Below are positions 61,937 through 64,000 of a stretch of 64,000 nt of DNA, one piece after another. Origin of the DNA: Fimbriosthenelais zetlandica (Eukaryota); assembly GCA_977030845.1 (NCBI GenBank), contig OZ365114.1, forward strand, positions 17,794,001-17,858,000, read 5' to 3'. The notes beneath the pieces are model-generated. The model was not told where the DNA came from. It did not search any database and worked only from the letters and a program-made list of their open reading frames with translations. A program made the position numbers and the translations under genes. Numbering within the stretch: position 1 is the stretch's first letter; every line of letters starts with the position of its first letter.

Positions 61937-63795
61937 GGCGCCGGTTCAGCTTTCTCCACTTGACGAGATGCCTCTAATACGCTCAACGCGATCTGACGTA
62001 TAGTTTCGCGTTTAGCCGGGCATACATTAGCATAGTGCTCCAGGGACCCGCATTCATAACAGGCTCCCCGGCGTCTTCTGCCTTCAGTATTGCCCCCTCC
62101 AGACGCGGCCTGCGCGGGCGGGTTCGTTGCCGGGGGCTTTGAGGGCCCGGCATTCTTTTTAGAACCTCCCTGCCGTGCTGGAGTTGCTTCATTATTCGGT
62201 CTCCTACTAGCCTTAAAAGCCATGAATTCCGCCCAAAGCTGTTCATCGGATTCATCTTTAAAGGCCGGCGGGGCCGGCTTCTCTTCATGATCTGGGCCCA
62301 GATGGACGACCTGCATTGCCGCGGCAAGAGGATCCGCAATCACCGACCCGTCAGGCGTATGCATAGACGAGGAGTAATGCAGAGCCATTGCCGCAGCATC
62401 CATCAAATTCCTAGGGCGGAGCAGCCGGAGCCAACTACCAACCCTAGGATCTCTAAGGCCCATCGTGTAGTCATAAATGACTTCTTCATTTTGCGCTTGA
62501 GTCAGGGGAGGAGTGAAAATTTTCGCCGCCCTCCTACCCAATTCAAGAGCATATTGTTTGGCGGTTTGACGGTGTGTCTGCTTACACGCCCGATACTCAA
62601 TCCGCCGCTTCATGGTATCCTTTTCACTGAAAAGATTGCTCAATTCCGTGAGGATATCCTCTACATGAAGGGACTGGTCCACGCAATCTGACACGCTTGC
62701 CACATTCCGTAGGCCGTGGATTAAATGTCCTTTAAATTCTTCATCCGTCAAGCGCGAGGCTCGACGCACATTCCGAACTATCAGCAAATAATCCTCCCAA
62801 GTCTGCTTATTGTTATCCCAAACTGGAAAGCTTTGACTTCTCAACTCCAGCCCTCTTGGTCGCTGCGTCGTACTTCCCTGATCTTGCTCACCAGGAGTAC
62901 TAGCGGCCGGCCTTCGATCGGGATCGTATGCATAAATCCCTGAAATCCAGCTATTTTCCAGTATTCTTCTTGGGGCTTCCGATCGTGACGTATCAACAAC
63001 CGGCTGCCTCTCTTCATTCCCGCCAGTGGCGCCGGAGGCGATCCGTGCCTCGCTACACCGCCAGGCTGGCCTGGGGGCTTCGTGGGGCATAGTTCGCCGG
63101 TACCGAACCTCTGGTGAGGACTCTGCCGGGACTGGATCCAAAGTCTGGAATCTCAAAGTCCGTTGGCGTCCGTCCTGCGTACGGGTTTCTTCTTCATTCT
63201 TACCCGGCGTGCCGGGATTTATAGTCGACGATGGACCAGCCTTATAAACGGCTTCCCTCGGCCCGAGCGGGGCCTGGTCCATCACCGCACTCCAAGATCG
63301 GTGTGCAGCTCCTCCCGACACTGCTGCCGGCTTTGCCGGGCCGCTTAGAGACGCTGGGGGAGGCCCCCGAGCCATCTCATCAGCCGCCGCCTTCATTGCC
63401 GTAGCAGGCCATGCCGGAGGGATGGGTGGAGCGGGATACATCCAGGACGGGCCCGGCACCATCTGGGGATTCAGAAGGTGTGCATTCCCAGTCGTAATCA
63501 TCCGCGACACGATCTGGTCGATCTGCTCAGGGGAGAGCAGATCCCCGCCCGGGGTGCTATGGTGACGAGGAATGGGTGAGGGAGTGTCTTTGCCCTGGCC
63601 GCGTGATCCTTCCACGCGCGGCGTCGCAAAAGACGATCCCGTCACCCCTTCAAAATCTCCGCCTGTCACCTGCGCCCCCGGCGCTTCGTTATTGGGGAGT
63701 GGAATCAGCGGCATCGAGGAGACCGGACTTTCGTCCTCTGCCCCCTGCGGCACCCTGGCCCATCCCAAATTCACCAAGAGATTGGTTTCATCCAT
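61912..63795 (-). CDS. gag: Gag (627 aa) with long Pro-rich N-terminal region, capsid-like middle and one CCHC zinc knuckle
   Basis: CYECGSLEHYANVC (C-x2-C-x4-H-x4-C); retrotransposon-gag-like segment ...CKQTHRQTAKQYALELGRRAAKIF...YTMGLRD; located between PBS and pol. Confidence 0.93.
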   Translation of the reverse strand: MDETNLLVNLGWARVPQGAEDESPVSSMPLIPLPNNEAPGAQVTGGDFEGVTGSSFATPRVEGSRGQGKDTPSPIPRHHSTPGGDLLSPEQIDQIVSRMITTGNAHLLNPQMVPGPSWMYPAPPIPPAWPATAMKAAADEMARGPPPASLSGPAKPAAVSGGAAHRSWSAVMDQAPLGPREAVYKAGPSSTINPGTPGKNEEETRTQDGRQRTLRFQTLDPVPAESSPEVRYRRTMPHEAPRPAWRCSEARIASGATGGNEERQPVVDTSRSEAPRRILENSWISGIYAYDPDRRPAASTPGEQDQGSTTQRPRGLELRSQSFPVWDNNKQTWEDYLLIVRNVRRASRLTDEEFKGHLIHGLRNVASVSDCVDQSLHVEDILTELSNLFSEKDTMKRRIEYRACKQTHRQTAKQYALELGRRAAKIFTPPLTQAQNEEVIYDYTMGLRDPRVGSWLRLLRPRNLMDAAAMALHYSSSMHTPDGSVIADPLAAAMQVVHLGPDHEEKPAPPAFKDESDEQLWAEFMAFKASRRPNNEATPARQGGSKKNAGPSKPPATNPPAQAASGGGNTEGRRRRGACYECGSLEHYANVCPAKRETIRQIALSVLEASRQVEKAEPAPENPPAPQ

Positions 63796-63907
63796 GATAA
63801 CGAAATCACGGAATCCACCTACTCTGGCTACTCTGCATATAGGTTCGCGATTGCAACGCCGCGTTCACCTTAATGGGATCCCTTTTTAGGGGGACCGCTT
63901 TTCCAGT

Positions 63908-63927
63908 GAATCCTGGTCACGGCACCA
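63908..63927 (-). promoter_or_regulatory. Primer binding site complementary to the 3' end of tRNA-His
   Basis: Minus strand TGGTGCCGTGACCAGGATTC, 2 nt after the LTR CA end. Plus strand GAATCCTGGTCACGGCACCA matches the invertebrate tRNA-His(GUG) 3' end plus CCA as I recall it. Confidence 0.85.
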
Positions 63928-63929
63928 AT

Positions 63930-64000
63930 TGTAGTGACCCACGGGAAATAAAGACCGACAAATAATTAGTATTCGTACCGGACCTTGACATTTATTAAAC
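63930..64000 (-). repeat. 5' LTR (3'-terminal 71 bp only; remainder outside the window)
   Basis: Identical to 52706-52776. Confidence 0.95.

Larger units (their letters stand above)
52706..64000 (-). mobile_element. Ty3/gypsy LTR retrotransposon, ~12 kb, apparently intact, with an extra ORF; 5' LTR runs off the window end
   Basis: LTR copies start at 52706 and 63930, with the 71 comparable bases identical. PBS, PPT, gag, and pol in PR-RT-RH-IN order are present. Inserted antisense in the VWA5A-like intron, 77 bp after donor 52629. Confidence 0.97.

Noticed and set aside
60759-63889. Plus-strand ORFs opposite pol and gag (e.g. 60759-61241, 62287-62691, 63572-63889)
   Set aside because: Expected antisense shadows of GC-rich coding sequence, with no independent motifs.

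Overview
AT-rich, intron-containing animal (probably invertebrate) genomic DNA, not prokaryotic; most short ORFs in the track are noise. Host genes I rebuilt exon by exon from GT-AG boundaries and reading phase: a 5'-partial diacylglycerol kinase theta (+, 8126-15032); a MIC26/MIC27 (APOO/APOOL) MICOS subunit (-, 27985-29866); a SelW/Rdx-family selenoprotein with an in-frame TGA in a CxxU motif (+, 32159-33627+); a low-complexity two-exon gene split by a transposon (+, 36257-40735); and the 5' part of a VIT-domain VWA5A-like gene (+, from 46066). Two mobile elements stand out. (1) A 2.53-kb non-autonomous element (36828-39357) with TGT...ACA ends, 189-bp terminal inverted repeats (TIRs) and a CCGG target duplication, which are Ginger1-type hallmarks. 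It is filled with a 60-bp satellite built on a 34-bp palindrome derived from its own TIR motif, and it appears to sit inside a coding exon. (2) An apparently young and intact ~12-kb Ty3/gypsy LTR retrotransposon on the minus strand (52706 to beyond 64000) with a tRNA-His primer site and a -1 gag-pol frameshift. It carries an intact extra ORF of ~806 aa that is not env-like: it has nuclear localisation signals, two C2H2-like zinc fingers and a coiled coil, and is preceded by internal splice signals. This accessory ORF is the best candidate for undescribed biology in the window. No database searches were run; family calls rest on remembered motifs.
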